DNA from: an uncultured Gammaproteobacteria bacterium
Lineage (GTDB): Bacteria > Patescibacteriota > Microgenomatia > UBA10105 > UBA927
Length of the DNA: 64,000 nt
Direction of reading: 5' to 3'
Assembly: GCA_964609895.1 (NCBI GenBank)
Contig: CAZSTG010000005.1
Location: 6,998 to 70,997, forward strand
The position numbers were made by a program, and so were the translations under genes. Positions 20,987-31,969 of this stretch are shown piece by piece. The notes beneath the pieces are model-generated. The model made no database searches, was not told the origin of the DNA, and worked only from the letters and a program-made list of their open reading frames with translations. Position 1 is the stretch's first letter. The number at the start of each line of letters is the position of its first letter.

Positions 20987-21741
20987 AGCATGTTTCTGTA
21001 TTTTTTATACGCAATCGGAAAGTGAAGCGCTGACCAATATGCAAACACCAGCCCATACCACCCGTCCATAAACCCTTTGTGCCTTACAAACAAAAGAAAA
21101 AACATTTTAACTGGTTGCCAAATCATATAAGAACACCATGTCCGGATATTCACGGGAATGTTTTTTTCCTTCATAAACATCGCAGTTAAACTCGTGTATG
21201 AATCGGCTTTTTTCCAATAATCCTCAGATGTTCTGTACGAATAATGCAGCATCGGCTCTTTGATATACCCGATAGCCCCGTCAACAGCAATTTGCTCATG
21301 GACATCTTTGCATGGCAGTTTTGCTTTCCCGTTTTTCACAAGACGAATCACGTAATCGGGATATTGCCCGCCTTTTTTCATGAAATGTCCCCAGAAATTA
21401 TTCCGTCTTGGAATATAATATCCGTTTATTTTTTCATCATTTTCATTCACAATCTGTAAAATTTCATCTTTTAACTCATCGGTAATCACTTCGTCAGCGT
21501 CCATCTGGAGAATCCATGTTCCTTTGCACGCATCCATAGCTTTTTGCTTGTTGATATGAAAAATAGCGGGATTACTCGCAGGAATAATGTGAGAAGTATA
21601 TTTTTTGGCAATAGTAACGGTCTTGTCTGTTGAGCCACCATCGACGACGACAATTTCATCCGTCCATGAAGCAACGGATGCAAGACATGCATCAAGATTT
21701 TTTTCTTCGTTATACACTGCAATCGCCACTGATAATTTCAT
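20983..21741 (-). CDS. GT2 glycosyltransferase (WaaE/KdtX-like subfamily)
   Basis: YNEE, DGGSTD, W.L.MDADE, YPD..IRL, VHE, HYSY, GFMDG..G. Confidence 0.9.
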   Translation of the reverse strand: MKLSVAIAVYNEEKNLDACLASVASWTDEIVVVDGGSTDKTVTIAKKYTSHIIPASNPAIFHINKQKAMDACKGTWILQMDADEVITDELKDEILQIVNENDEKINGYYIPRRNNFWGHFMKKGGQYPDYVIRLVKNGKAKLPCKDVHEQIAVDGAIGYIKEPMLHYSYRTSEDYWKKADSYTSLTAMFMKEKNIPVNIRTWCSYMIWQPVKMFFLLFVRHKGFMDGWYGLVFAYWSALHFPIAYKKYRNML

Positions 21742-23396
21742 GCTCTTTTTTTCCATAGAAGTACTCCACATACTGTAATCAGCATAAGTCCAACTGTACT
21801 AAGTGTCACCATATCTGCAATATATCTGAGTTTCGTATCTTCAAAAACAATGTTGACCTCGTGTGTCCCTTCCGTCACCCGAAATGTGATGAGACCTCGA
21901 TATGTCGGATCCTGATATTGTACACCCGTCTGAACCCCATCAACATAGACCTTCCACCCTGGAAAATACAGCGTATTTTCCACAAGTCTTGCGGGCTCAC
22001 GTGCTTCCACGCGATATTCGCGCGTTGTCGTAGTCCTTTTCCCATGTGTGATGATCACTGCACCTTCTGCAATCTCTATGGGAGCCGTTGGTCGATGCTC
22101 CATGAACCGTACAGACCAAATCGGACTGCTTTCGCCTGTGTCGGTTGTTGATTCGTATACGCCACTATAAAAAGACTCCGATTTTTGACTGTACGCTTTT
22201 GGTTTCCACATAAAAACAGTTGATGCCACTGCAATAATGCAAAATATACTGACAATATAATTACCGACAAGCCGTTTATTCACTTTTCGTCGTTCAATAA
22301 TAGAGGCAATACTCACTCCTCCAAGAAGCGCAGATAAAAATACGGACACTGTGAGGAATCGCCATGGAAATTGGAACTTCTGAAGGAGCGAAATGTTCTG
22401 CCAAATAACATTTGATGCAGAAGTCATGATAAACAATGAACCAAAAAACAAGAGCGCGGCGCCAATAACAAATACACGGAGTGACCTCTCCTTCATTTTC
22501 CATACGACCAGCAGTGAGGCAAGCACGCCAATCCACTGGGCAACACCAACAGACTTCGTTATCTCATTCCCTTGTCCATAGTTCCATGGGGAATAAAAAA
22601 ACCATGAAAATGGAACAAATCTACTACCAAATTCATTTGCAGTTACGATGTCTCGAAGTGTATATTTTCCTTCAAAAAACGCTGGCACCCAAAAAAATGC
22701 GGCTATACTGAAACCCAATAAGAAAAAATATACAGACGGAATTAAAAAACGCAAAGATTTTTTACCTTGGGTGAAAAAAAGATATATCCAATATAGCCCA
22801 ATAATCGGCAAAAACATGATTGCTATGGCATTGTGAGACAAAATCAGTGCGCCAATGGACAACGTTAAACCAATGCCATGCATGAGCCGCCTGCCTTTTG
22901 AATAATCAGTGGTTTTTGACAATAAAAACAAAAAATAACAGATAAGCGGGGGAAACACAAATGCCATATGTTCACCAATTGCACCCCGTACATACAAGTC
23001 GACAAACCGGTACGGGGCAAACCCGTAGAGAATGGCTGCAATCATCCCTGCGCGTTTTCCGAACGCGGTCTTTATCCATACATACATGGCAAGAATGCTT
23101 GCGATAAACGCTGCGGCAAACACCATCTTGGTTGCATCAACATAGGAAAATCCGAACCAATGAAAGAATGAACCGACATAGGAAGACATCGGATACAAAA
23201 ACATAAGTATCGGATGTCCGTATCCCCAATTCAAATTACTCGCCCAACGTGGAACAATATTCCCTTCAGAAAGACTCGCAAAAAAACTTGCGATACGTGC
23301 GACATGATCCTGCCCATCATGTGTTATGGGCAGTCCCTGCGGAACAAGTCCTGTCAGAGGTGCAAGACTCACGATAAGAAGAATAATCCAGTTCAT
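21738..23396 (-). CDS. PTPS_related/YfhO-like GT-C membrane protein
   Basis: THDGQDHVAR, PRW..NLN.GYGHP, YVRGAIGE, SHN, QFPWRF, YFPGW, C-terminal TM. Confidence 0.8.
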   Translation of the reverse strand: MNWIILLIVSLAPLTGLVPQGLPITHDGQDHVARIASFFASLSEGNIVPRWASNLNWGYGHPILMFLYPMSSYVGSFFHWFGFSYVDATKMVFAAAFIASILAMYVWIKTAFGKRAGMIAAILYGFAPYRFVDLYVRGAIGEHMAFVFPPLICYFLFLLSKTTDYSKGRRLMHGIGLTLSIGALILSHNAIAIMFLPIIGLYWIYLFFTQGKKSLRFLIPSVYFFLLGFSIAAFFWVPAFFEGKYTLRDIVTANEFGSRFVPFSWFFYSPWNYGQGNEITKSVGVAQWIGVLASLLVVWKMKERSLRVFVIGAALLFFGSLFIMTSASNVIWQNISLLQKFQFPWRFLTVSVFLSALLGGVSIASIIERRKVNKRLVGNYIVSIFCIIAVASTVFMWKPKAYSQKSESFYSGVYESTTDTGESSPIWSVRFMEHRPTAPIEIAEGAVIITHGKRTTTTREYRVEAREPARLVENTLYFPGWKVYVDGVQTGVQYQDPTYRGLITFRVTEGTHEVNIVFEDTKLRYIADMVTLSTVGLMLITVCGVLLWKKRA

Positions 23397-23401
23397 ATTG
23401 T

Positions 23402-25021
23402 TTATTGTGCTATATGTATCGCAGCGCGTCCGTCCAGATATTTGATCACTCCTAAATTGGCATCGGGAATCTCGCTCGGAGTTCCGATATATAACGTCGT
23501 GCCGTCTTTTGTTTCGGTACTCCAGTTGATCGGCCTAAAATCATACACATCAAAATGGTTTTTCACTTCCCGAAATCCGCCGGACGCAGTACCACCTTCA
23601 AGCTGATATTTTTTTGGGTCGTATTTCGTATAGAACAAGAAAAACATATGCGGCTGTTCCAGCTTCGTCGAGACGACAATTTTTTTGTATTCACCCTTAT
23701 GTGCTTCTGCATACTCCACCGCTTGTTGATATCCATACTGCCAATAATCTGAGTACTCTTTATCCATGTGCACAAAATACATGTGCAGATAATACACAAC
23801 GTTAAACAACGCAAAAAATAAAATAACAGGCAGTGTTGTTTTTCTCCAATTTCTTCCATTCTTCATCCACACGATATACTCATATATTCCAAATGCCGTA
23901 AAAATCTGGAACACCGGCAAAAATACCAATGTACGGATTGCATGCGGAAGTCCTGTGGTTACAGAGGCAGGAATCGGTGCGAGAAACATCCAAACAAACA
24001 AAAACACAGCGAGTTTTCCGCCACGTTTTGCGATACTCACAATTCCCCAAAAAAGAAACGGAAGCTCAACAAGGTACAACAACCCCATGTCCGGTGCGTG
24101 ATGACGCGGAAGATCACCCTGCAAGAATAACCATTTGAATGAAAAGTGTGAAAGGTATCCGTCAACAACAGTTTTTACCCATACGATCCGCCGGTTATCA
24201 AACAACATACCGAAGGTATCGTTTCGTGCAATATCATCCTCAAGAAGCTTCACACTCGACGACAACAGTGCTGTCTGATCTGACAGGGAACTTGTCCCTT
24301 TAAGACGCATCAAAGTCGTCGGATTCGTAAACATGACAATCATCGGAATAACGGTTACAAGTCCGACTGCGACGGCTGCATACACTGTTTTTTTGTTCAA
24401 CCAAACTTCTTTCCAGTCAAGAACGGTTAAAAGCAGCAAAAACATCGGTGCGAATATCCGCTCGCTGTGATATGCATACAGAGACAGACCAAACAAAAGT
24501 GCACTCACCCACAATGTCTTTTTGTTTCTTAAAAAGAAATACGCAGCCCAGATATTGAGTGTCACACCGGTATTTGCCTCAAATGCGATGCGCGAAAACT
24601 GAATATGCCACGGAGAAACAGCAAGCAGGAATGCGGCAATAAGCGGAACACTTCCAATAATCTTTTTGTCTTTGCCCCATTTGAAAAGCAGTTCCCTGAC
24701 AAAAAAGAACGTACCGATAACGGCAAGTATTCCCATCAATGCTGATGGCAATCGAGTTGACCACACAGATAAACCAAATATCGCAACCGATGGGATGGTC
24801 ATATACATATATAATGGTGGCTTGTAATCATCAAATGACCGAAGGGACAAAGGAAATGCGGTGCCGTATTCATCTCTTCCCGTAAGCAAAACCGAATAGG
24901 CATTGTATCCGAGTGCCGCCTCATCCCAGTCGGGACTTGGCGGGGTCGCACCAAGATTCCACAACCTCACCATGGCCGCTACAAAGACAATCACTATCAA
25001 TACTATCCATGTTCGTTTCAT
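23402..25021 (-). CDS. ArnT/PMT-family GT-C glycosyltransferase
   Basis: PP...WDEAALGYNAYS...G.DE.G, DYKPPLY, R.PSAL.G, SPWH.QFSR.AFE, PHAIR, WQYGY. Confidence 0.85.
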   Translation of the reverse strand: MKRTWIVLIVIVFVAAMVRLWNLGATPPSPDWDEAALGYNAYSVLLTGRDEYGTAFPLSLRSFDDYKPPLYMYMTIPSVAIFGLSVWSTRLPSALMGILAVIGTFFFVRELLFKWGKDKKIIGSVPLIAAFLLAVSPWHIQFSRIAFEANTGVTLNIWAAYFFLRNKKTLWVSALLFGLSLYAYHSERIFAPMFLLLLTVLDWKEVWLNKKTVYAAVAVGLVTVIPMIVMFTNPTTLMRLKGTSSLSDQTALLSSSVKLLEDDIARNDTFGMLFDNRRIVWVKTVVDGYLSHFSFKWLFLQGDLPRHHAPDMGLLYLVELPFLFWGIVSIAKRGGKLAVFLFVWMFLAPIPASVTTGLPHAIRTLVFLPVFQIFTAFGIYEYIVWMKNGRNWRKTTLPVILFFALFNVVYYLHMYFVHMDKEYSDYWQYGYQQAVEYAEAHKGEYKKIVVSTKLEQPHMFFLFYTKYDPKKYQLEGGTASGGFREVKNHFDVYDFRPINWSTETKDGTTLYIGTPSEIPDANLGVIKYLDGRAAIHIAQ

Positions 25022-25022
25022 A

Positions 25023-26681
25023 TTATTTCGCATCAAACAATACCAATCTGTCACTTCCGTCCAAAAGCGTGATTTTTTGAACGATGTGTGCGCCGTCGGG
25101 CACCCAACCCGCATCTCCTATATACAAAGCATTCTTTTCCAACGCCCCTGACGGCATGGCATCAATAAAGCGATATTTTCCAAACCCATACACATGATAA
25201 AAACCGGCCGTGTCAAATGTGGCATCCTTCAATTTCAAATATTCCGTCGGATCAAACACTGTATAAAACAACGTGTACATATATGGTCTGCCGATCGTTG
25301 ATGAAATATAAATTTTGTCGTAATTCGCTTCTATTTTTTGAGCTGCTTCAATTGCAGGTTTGTATCCATACTGCCATTCACCGGAATAGACTCCGGCATA
25401 ATGAGCGTAATAATTATGTACATAATATCCAATACTAAACGCATAGATACACACAAACACACTTCCAATTCCTATTGCTGCAGTTTTTTTGTACTTCCCG
25501 AATGTTTTTGCTACCCATCCGAAAATCACTGTTATTCCATATGCAACCAGTATCTGCCATACAGGAAGAGAGTTGAGAATCCGCAGTGCATGCGGTGTTT
25601 CACGGGCAGTTGCAGCAGGAACAATCGCAAGTAAAATCCAAACGAGCAATACCCATGCAATCTGCGGAGCTGTCACAAATAAGGTAATCAAACCGATTGC
25701 AAGAAGAGGAGCTTCTATCATATACATCTGTCCAACTACTTGCGTAGAAAACTTCGGATTCCCATCACCTTTTACAAATAGAAATGACGGCTGAAGATTG
25801 TCCGCAAAATGCCTGAGATAGGACAATGCATATCCGACACGACGGTTATGCAGTATTTTCCCAATCATCGAATTACCATCATATGCCATCCGTTCGTTTG
25901 AAGTTACGACTACAGAGGCATCTGTAAATATATTCACTTCTTCAAAGCGTAGTCGTGCTTCAGGTGATACAAGGTGCGGCACAATAGGTATCATCATAAA
26001 CGTTGCAATCACTGCACCCACAAGAAATTGTTTCCAACATGCAATAATTGATTTCCAAAATAGTACACAAAGAACTAATCCAAATAGTGGGACGAAATAT
26101 CGAGCACTATTAAATGTATAGACAGAAGATACAAACGGAAGCCATGCGACAATCCATACGTTGGGTTTACCAACCGCATTAAGAATCAGGTAAACACCAA
26201 GAACGACAAAAAATAATGCGATGTTTGCCTCAAATCCCGCTCTTGAGAGATTCACATGCCATGGGGAAACAGCAAGTACAGTGGATGAAAGAAGTGCAAT
26301 TTGTTGAATGGTGGCTTTTCCCAGTTTCGATAGGTAAAACAATCTCGTCACTAAAAAGAATGTGAGGAGCACGGTCAACGTACCGAACAACGCGGAAGGA
26401 AACCTGACGGCAAAATCAGTCAGTCCGAATATCCAAACAGACGGCACCGTGAGATATATGGCGAGGGGCGGTTTATAATCCCCATATGCTACGAATGTGT
26501 CTACAGGGAAAAATTTCCCATGCTCATCTTTTCCAATTTTCAAAATAGAATAGGCATTGTATCCGATAGACACTTCATCCCATGATAATGCAGGAGGTAT
26601 GGAAGCGACCTTGTTTATCCGCAAAAAGAATGCCCCCAGTGTAATACAGACAAGTGCGATAATTGTTCCTGCTTTTTTCAT
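25023..26681 (-). CDS. ArnT/PMT-family GT-C glycosyltransferase (tandem paralog of 23402-25021)
   Basis: PP.L.WDEVSIGYNAYS...GKDEHG, DYKPPL, RFPSALFG, SPWH..LSR.GFE, PHALR, WQYGY. Confidence 0.85.
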   Translation of the reverse strand: MKKAGTIIALVCITLGAFFLRINKVASIPPALSWDEVSIGYNAYSILKIGKDEHGKFFPVDTFVAYGDYKPPLAIYLTVPSVWIFGLTDFAVRFPSALFGTLTVLLTFFLVTRLFYLSKLGKATIQQIALLSSTVLAVSPWHVNLSRAGFEANIALFFVVLGVYLILNAVGKPNVWIVAWLPFVSSVYTFNSARYFVPLFGLVLCVLFWKSIIACWKQFLVGAVIATFMMIPIVPHLVSPEARLRFEEVNIFTDASVVVTSNERMAYDGNSMIGKILHNRRVGYALSYLRHFADNLQPSFLFVKGDGNPKFSTQVVGQMYMIEAPLLAIGLITLFVTAPQIAWVLLVWILLAIVPAATARETPHALRILNSLPVWQILVAYGITVIFGWVAKTFGKYKKTAAIGIGSVFVCIYAFSIGYYVHNYYAHYAGVYSGEWQYGYKPAIEAAQKIEANYDKIYISSTIGRPYMYTLFYTVFDPTEYLKLKDATFDTAGFYHVYGFGKYRFIDAMPSGALEKNALYIGDAGWVPDGAHIVQKITLLDGSDRLVLFDAK

Positions 26682-27964
26682 ACAGAAAACGTTTTTTCCT
26701 CATCCAACAACTTCAAAATACCAATCATAAAAAGCGTTGCGATATATGCCACATGGCTGTTATTAAAATACCGACTTGTATACCAAAATAAAAACAGTGT
26801 GATTGCATGGATAACAAAAATAAATCCAATGGACTGATATTTCTTTAGCATTGTAACGCCGGCGATAAGCCCAGGGATCCCTATACCCAATTGCCACGCC
26901 ATAAACGGATAAAATGCGTGCGTATCACTGATTACGCGAAAACCAATAAGAAGCATGCCCAATCCATACCCTGATATCGGATAACTGTTTGGACTATTAC
27001 CTGACAGATAAAAAATCACACTGTCTAAAAATGCTTTCGCGTCCCACAAAAGAAATGGGGTAACAAATAGTGCGCCAACCACTCCACCGACGATGATATA
27101 CCCAAAAAACTGTTTCCATGACACTTTAGAAACCAATATGAGATACCCCAATACAACAGGCACGGCAAACCACGCGGTCTGTTTGGTAAGCGCAGCAAGT
27201 GCGACCATCATCGCACTCCACACATACTGTTTCTTACTGATTAAAAATACAGCGAGTACAAACCACCATAACACGAGCATGTCACTTCTTCCTTCAATTA
27301 AATATCCAATTGACGCAGGATTTAGTCCAATTGCCATAATTGCAAGACGAGCAATGTCTTTGTTTGAAAGCCACAAATATAACACAACCAAAAGTCCAAT
27401 TGTAGCTGCAAGAAGTGGCATCCTTCCGTCAAAATACCCAACAGTTCGCATGGACATAAAATAAAACGGATACGCGGACAGCAAATACCATGGTGGCATC
27501 ACAAAATGATATAAGGCAGGGTTTACCGCATCTTTATCACCTTCTCCGTATGTCCACTGCTCCATCGGCGTACCAAAATATGTTTCTTTATACGGATTTT
27601 TTCCGTCACCCAAATACCTGAGAGCCGCCTCAAGCTGCAAAATAATGTCATGTGTTTTATAATTCTGCCCCGGTGCAATGCGCCCACGATCCACAATAGC
27701 TGTGCCGATGCTTCCAACTAGCACAATAAGCACAATAGCCCATGTAAGTATGGTTTTTATGAGCTCAATCTTTTTTGCATTCCCTGATGCAAGCAACGAA
27801 TACAAAATATTGACGATATTGAGAAGAAAATAGAAAAGAAACAATACGTATGATGTACCCTCTCCAGGAGATATTTTATATCCCATGACCACCGGAACTG
27901 TAACAATAAAAAGAAGTGATGCCACGAACGCCGAAAAAAGATTTTTGCCTCCGAAGGTCTTCAT
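26678..27964 (-). CDS. GT87/DUF2029-like GT-C glycosyltransferase
   Basis: HD..LQ.E.A...L..GKNPY, Y.MPP-like loop, EGRSD, TKQ, PF..WD, polytopic. Confidence 0.7.
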   Translation of the reverse strand: MKTFGGKNLFSAFVASLLFIVTVPVVMGYKISPGEGTSYVLFLFYFLLNIVNILYSLLASGNAKKIELIKTILTWAIVLIVLVGSIGTAIVDRGRIAPGQNYKTHDIILQLEAALRYLGDGKNPYKETYFGTPMEQWTYGEGDKDAVNPALYHFVMPPWYLLSAYPFYFMSMRTVGYFDGRMPLLAATIGLLVVLYLWLSNKDIARLAIMAIGLNPASIGYLIEGRSDMLVLWWFVLAVFLISKKQYVWSAMMVALAALTKQTAWFAVPVVLGYLILVSKVSWKQFFGYIIVGGVVGALFVTPFLLWDAKAFLDSVIFYLSGNSPNSYPISGYGLGMLLIGFRVISDTHAFYPFMAWQLGIGIPGLIAGVTMLKKYQSIGFIFVIHAITLFLFWYTSRYFNNSHVAYIATLFMIGILKLLDEEKTFSV

Positions 27965-27976
27965 ACGATATATCTC

Positions 27977-27985
27977 ATTGTATCA
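27977..27985 (-). promoter_or_regulatory. Putative extended -10 promoter (TGaTACAAT) 12 nt upstream of the ATG at 27964
   Basis: Minus strand reads ccaTGaTACAATgagatatatcgtATG in a 40-bp intergenic gap, with no SD. Confidence 0.5.
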
Positions 27986-28004
27986 TGGAAGAACGGCTTT
28001 TTCC

Positions 28005-29477
28005 TCACCGCGAGTAAAGAAATAACACTGAATTTCCTACGTGTTCTGCTTTCTCATACTTCCACTTGTCAAACGGTACATTCGGTGTATCAAGCGGACA
28101 AATTTCCGACCAACACATGATGCTCAGCTTTCCTGCTGGCGGTGCTTCCGGACATGCGTTCTCACAAATAATAAAGAGCCTTTTATTATCGACTTCATCG
28201 ATGGATACAGATGATAATCCATACAATTTGAAAAAATACCTGATATGTAAATCATTAAATGAACGGGAATTCATTACCGTGAATGCAAACGGCTGGCCAT
28301 CTGCAAGCAATGCAATTTTTTCGGTTATTGCCGTAATTCTCGGCAGGTCAGCATCAATGATCTTGTATGGGTGTATTGCTGTCCAAGAGATACAGCCTGC
28401 GCATATGGCCGCACCAATACTCACGACAATAATCATTCGTGTATGCACACTTGAAAGTGCGCCAGCCAGAAGCAAAAAAACAACAGGAATCAGCTGATAT
28501 GCATATTGCGGTTGTATCGTATCTTTATAGAACGCCAACACGCATACTCCAAAACAAAACCATACCACAAACAGCAATGATTCCCTGCTTCGTTTTATTC
28601 CATTCACAAGCAAAACAACACAAGCAATGCCGATAAGTGCACCTTTGTGTTCAAGAGCAATAACATATTTCCATAACGCTATGACGATCTCTCCCGCATT
28701 CATAATGTATGCCCGTTTTGAAAATAATGTATCCTTGTAGGACATCGTCGCGAAACTCCTCGTAATATCTATAAATCCGCGATTTGCCTCATACACGAGA
28801 AACGGATACAACAATGCACCTCCTACAATCACTGCTCCGGCTATCCATAACCATATTGATTTCTTTGTATCATTTTTTACCCGATGTATCACAATGGCGA
28901 TACAAACAATGCCCGTCGGAATCAGAGAAATAGCATTCACATAATGCAGTTGTATAAGTGCTGTCGCCGCAACAGCCATAGGGAGAAACCCCCAATATTT
29001 TTTCTTCTTTCCCACCAAAGATAAGGAAACAACTAGTAACAGTACAAAAAACGGAATGGGCGTCGGGTTCCACAATCGCCTGTCCTGCATAATAAGTATT
29101 GGCGAACATGCCATAAGCCAACTCACGATGTATGCCACCTGAAATCCGAACAGTGATGAGGCAACATATAAAAACAGCAGAATCGCCACGACGCTCAGTA
29201 CACACATTGCAATCGCGGGCACAACCGGATTAAATCCAAACAGCAAAAACGCAGGAGCAATAAGATAGTAATAGAATGGTCCTGTATACTGACCGGCACC
29301 GACAGTCGGACCGACGACAGGTACTGTCCGTTGCTCTACTGCTTTGTAAATTGCCAGTCCGTCTCTTCCCTGATCGCCCAAAAACTCCGTCGTGTCACCG
29401 ATTTTATACAATCTCAAACACAATGCCGCTGCAACAAGAAAACATATAAGGATGATGCGTCTGATGTTTTTCTGCAT
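28005..29477 (-). CDS. ArnT/PMT-family GT-C glycosyltransferase
   Basis: LRLYK...EFLGDQGRD, GPT, GPFYYY..AP, R..WNP, QLHY, C-terminal soluble domain with several Cys. Confidence 0.83.
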   Translation of the reverse strand: MQKNIRRIILICFLVAAALCLRLYKIGDTTEFLGDQGRDGLAIYKAVEQRTVPVVGPTVGAGQYTGPFYYYLIAPAFLLFGFNPVVPAIAMCVLSVVAILLFLYVASSLFGFQVAYIVSWLMACSPILIMQDRRLWNPTPIPFFVLLLVVSLSLVGKKKKYWGFLPMAVAATALIQLHYVNAISLIPTGIVCIAIVIHRVKNDTKKSIWLWIAGAVIVGGALLYPFLVYEANRGFIDITRSFATMSYKDTLFSKRAYIMNAGEIVIALWKYVIALEHKGALIGIACVVLLVNGIKRSRESLLFVVWFCFGVCVLAFYKDTIQPQYAYQLIPVVFLLLAGALSSVHTRMIIVVSIGAAICAGCISWTAIHPYKIIDADLPRITAITEKIALLADGQPFAFTVMNSRSFNDLHIRYFFKLYGLSSVSIDEVDNKRLFIICENACPEAPPAGKLSIMCWSEICPLDTPNVPFDKWKYEKAEHVGNSVLFLYSR

Positions 29478-29527
29478 ACGCCCTATGGCAAATGTAGGAA
29501 TATATATAGTATATAATAGATACGCAT
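29478..29527. promoter_or_regulatory. Divergent promoter region
   Basis: 50-bp AT-rich gap between divergent genes. TATAAT at 29512-29517 lies 10 nt before the + strand ATG, and TATACT is present on the minus strand. Confidence 0.5.
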
Positions 29528-31930
29528 ATGGTGCGTCGTCATAAGAAGATACTGATCGCCATTCTTTTTTTCCTCATGCTTGTCGGAGGGTTGTTTTATA
29601 AAACTGCCATCCACGGACATATTCCTTTTCCGGCAGACCTTTTACTTTCAGAATACGCCCCATTTCGACACACGGAATATTTCGGCTATGCATCGGGCGC
29701 TATCCCAAGTAAAGGACAATACTTTGACGTTGTTCGGGAACTGTACCCATGGAAAACTCTTGTCATCGACGCCATACGACAAAAAACACTGCCTTTATGG
29801 AATCCGTACAGTTTTTCGGGGACACCCCTTCTTGCAAATTACCAGTCGCAGGCGTTGTATCCACTTAGCTTCCTCTATCTTATTCTGCCGCAACACATTG
29901 CATGGACTATTATGATGATGCTTCAGCTGTTTCTAGGACTTGTGTTTATGTACCTGTTTGCACGCGTGATCGGCTTATCTGCACCGGCAGGTATACTTGC
30001 TGCAGTTGCATTTAACTTATCGAGTTTTTCCGTTGTCTGGACGGAATTCAACACGGTGTGGCATACCATTCTTTGGCTTCCCCTGCTCTTATATATTGTG
30101 GAAAGGGGAATAGCTCAGAAACAATTATCCGTTAAGCAGCAGTTGGTTTTTCTTTTTGCACTTTTTTCCAGCATCACAGCGGGACATCCGCAGGACTTTA
30201 TAAACGTATTCCTGTTTTTTGGCATATACACTTTTTTCCGAGTGATCACTTGTTCCTCATGGAATTCTAAGGAAAAAGTTTCATTTCTTATAAAAACGAT
30301 CGTTCCGATTGTGTGTATTGCTTTTTTGCTTGCTTCCATACAATTATTGCCGACCATCGAGCTGTTTACACTCTCTTCGCGCGTTCCGCATGATGTAGGA
30401 CATATTCTCTCAACTATGCTTGTACAACTCTGGCAACTGCCCATGCTTGTGTATCAGGATTTCTTCGGAAACCCCGCAACAAAGACGTACACCACGCCCG
30501 ATACCTACGTCGGTAAAACTATCTCCATCGGTGTTGTTGGCTTTTTGCTTGTCCTATGGTCGCTTCTTTCCAAGATACGAAATTGGCACAAAACGTTTTT
30601 TTCCTTGGTACTTGTATGTATGCTGTGCATATCCATCAGTTCTCCGATCACATACATCCTCTACCAGTTCCCTGTTCCCATTCTTTCCACGGGAACACCG
30701 ACAAGGAATTTGTTCATTCTTATGTTTGCCTTAGCGCTGCTTGCAGGCTTTGGTCTTGAAATGGTTCGCACAAAAAAATATTCAATCAGAAAAAATTGCA
30801 TTGTCACCTGCATAACCATTGCCCTTGTCTGGACAGTGGCATATATATTGCCGTCCGCTTTTCCATTTCTTCTTCCCTCTGTTCTCAAAAAAAGTGCAGT
30901 CATCATCACCGCACTCATGGGATGTTCCCTGTGTATACTCATCGCGGCAAAACAAAAATCCGTCTTTGCCTACGCTTTTATAGCGCTTGTCTCCATAGAA
31001 CTGGGATACGGATTCATAAAATTCAACCCCTTTGTTCCGGCAGATTTTCTCTATCCGGAGAATGAAACAATCACATATCTGCAAAAAAATTCCGGCATCA
31101 ACCGCTTCTGGGGGTATGGTACCGCACGGTTTGAGTCCAATCTCAATGTACAGTATCGCCTGTTTTCCACCGACGGCACGGATCCGCTGAATATCAAATG
31201 GTACAACCAGTTTATGCAGGCATCCAAAAACGGGAAACTTACACGCGTGTTTACCAGATCAACCCGTTCTGACTCGGGACTTGCCGAAGGATACGGTCCG
31301 CGTGATCTGCCTGATAACAGATACCGGTTGCGCATCATGGATCTGACCGGCGTCAAATATGTGCTGGACAGGCCGGAAAATCCAAAAGACAATTTCACAT
31401 TTGACGCTTCCCGTTTCATGCCGGTCACGACACTCAAAAACAACTATACAGTTTTTGAAAACAAACTTGTCTATCCGCGAGCATTTTTGGTGTCGACATA
31501 CAAAACATATGCATCCTTAGAATCCTTTGAAGAACAGTTTTTTGCGGATTCGTTTAATCCGAGAACGACGCTTCTCCTGCCGGAAAAAACAGCACCGATT
31601 CCAATACGAAGTGCAGATCATGCCACGGCCATAATCAGTTCCTATAAACCGGAGGAGGTTATTATTCAGACAGAAAGTGACGCACCGCAGCTTTTGTTTC
31701 TCTCGGACGCGTATGCACCGGGATGGATTGCCACGGTTGACAACCGGAGGACGGAAGTGCTGCGTGCCGACTATGCATTCCGCGCCGTTGCTGTGCCTGA
31801 AGGATCACACACCATTCGGTTCATCTACAGACCCACCAGCGTAACATCGGGGTTCATCGGAACGTGCGTCGGTATTATTCTTCTTGGAATCTTTCTCGAA
31901 GTTGGCATCATAAAGAAAAAAAAGAAATAA
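29528..31930 (+). CDS. YfhO-family GT-C glycosyltransferase
   Basis: P.D.L, D.....YPW, PLWNPY.FSG.PLLAN.QS..LYP, GHPQ, Q.LPT.E, FFGNP, YPRAF, YAPGW, AV.VP.G.H.I.F.Y.P, C-terminal TM. Confidence 0.87.
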   Translation: MVRRHKKILIAILFFLMLVGGLFYKTAIHGHIPFPADLLLSEYAPFRHTEYFGYASGAIPSKGQYFDVVRELYPWKTLVIDAIRQKTLPLWNPYSFSGTPLLANYQSQALYPLSFLYLILPQHIAWTIMMMLQLFLGLVFMYLFARVIGLSAPAGILAAVAFNLSSFSVVWTEFNTVWHTILWLPLLLYIVERGIAQKQLSVKQQLVFLFALFSSITAGHPQDFINVFLFFGIYTFFRVITCSSWNSKEKVSFLIKTIVPIVCIAFLLASIQLLPTIELFTLSSRVPHDVGHILSTMLVQLWQLPMLVYQDFFGNPATKTYTTPDTYVGKTISIGVVGFLLVLWSLLSKIRNWHKTFFSLVLVCMLCISISSPITYILYQFPVPILSTGTPTRNLFILMFALALLAGFGLEMVRTKKYSIRKNCIVTCITIALVWTVAYILPSAFPFLLPSVLKKSAVIITALMGCSLCILIAAKQKSVFAYAFIALVSIELGYGFIKFNPFVPADFLYPENETITYLQKNSGINRFWGYGTARFESNLNVQYRLFSTDGTDPLNIKWYNQFMQASKNGKLTRVFTRSTRSDSGLAEGYGPRDLPDNRYRLRIMDLTGVKYVLDRPENPKDNFTFDASRFMPVTTLKNNYTVFENKLVYPRAFLVSTYKTYASLESFEEQFFADSFNPRTTLLLPEKTAPIPIRSADHATAIISSYKPEEVIIQTESDAPQLLFLSDAYAPGWIATVDNRRTEVLRADYAFRAVAVPEGSHTIRFIYRPTSVTSGFIGTCVGIILLGIFLEVGIIKKKKK

Positions 31931-31969
31931 TATCCCGACATACAGGATACTCTTTTTCCCCGCCTCTTT

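Noticed and set aside
31931-31969. Rho-independent terminator between convergent genes (tatcc...ggata followed by a T-rich run)
   Set aside because: The stem is only 5 bp and AT-rich with a 9-nt loop, too weak to call.
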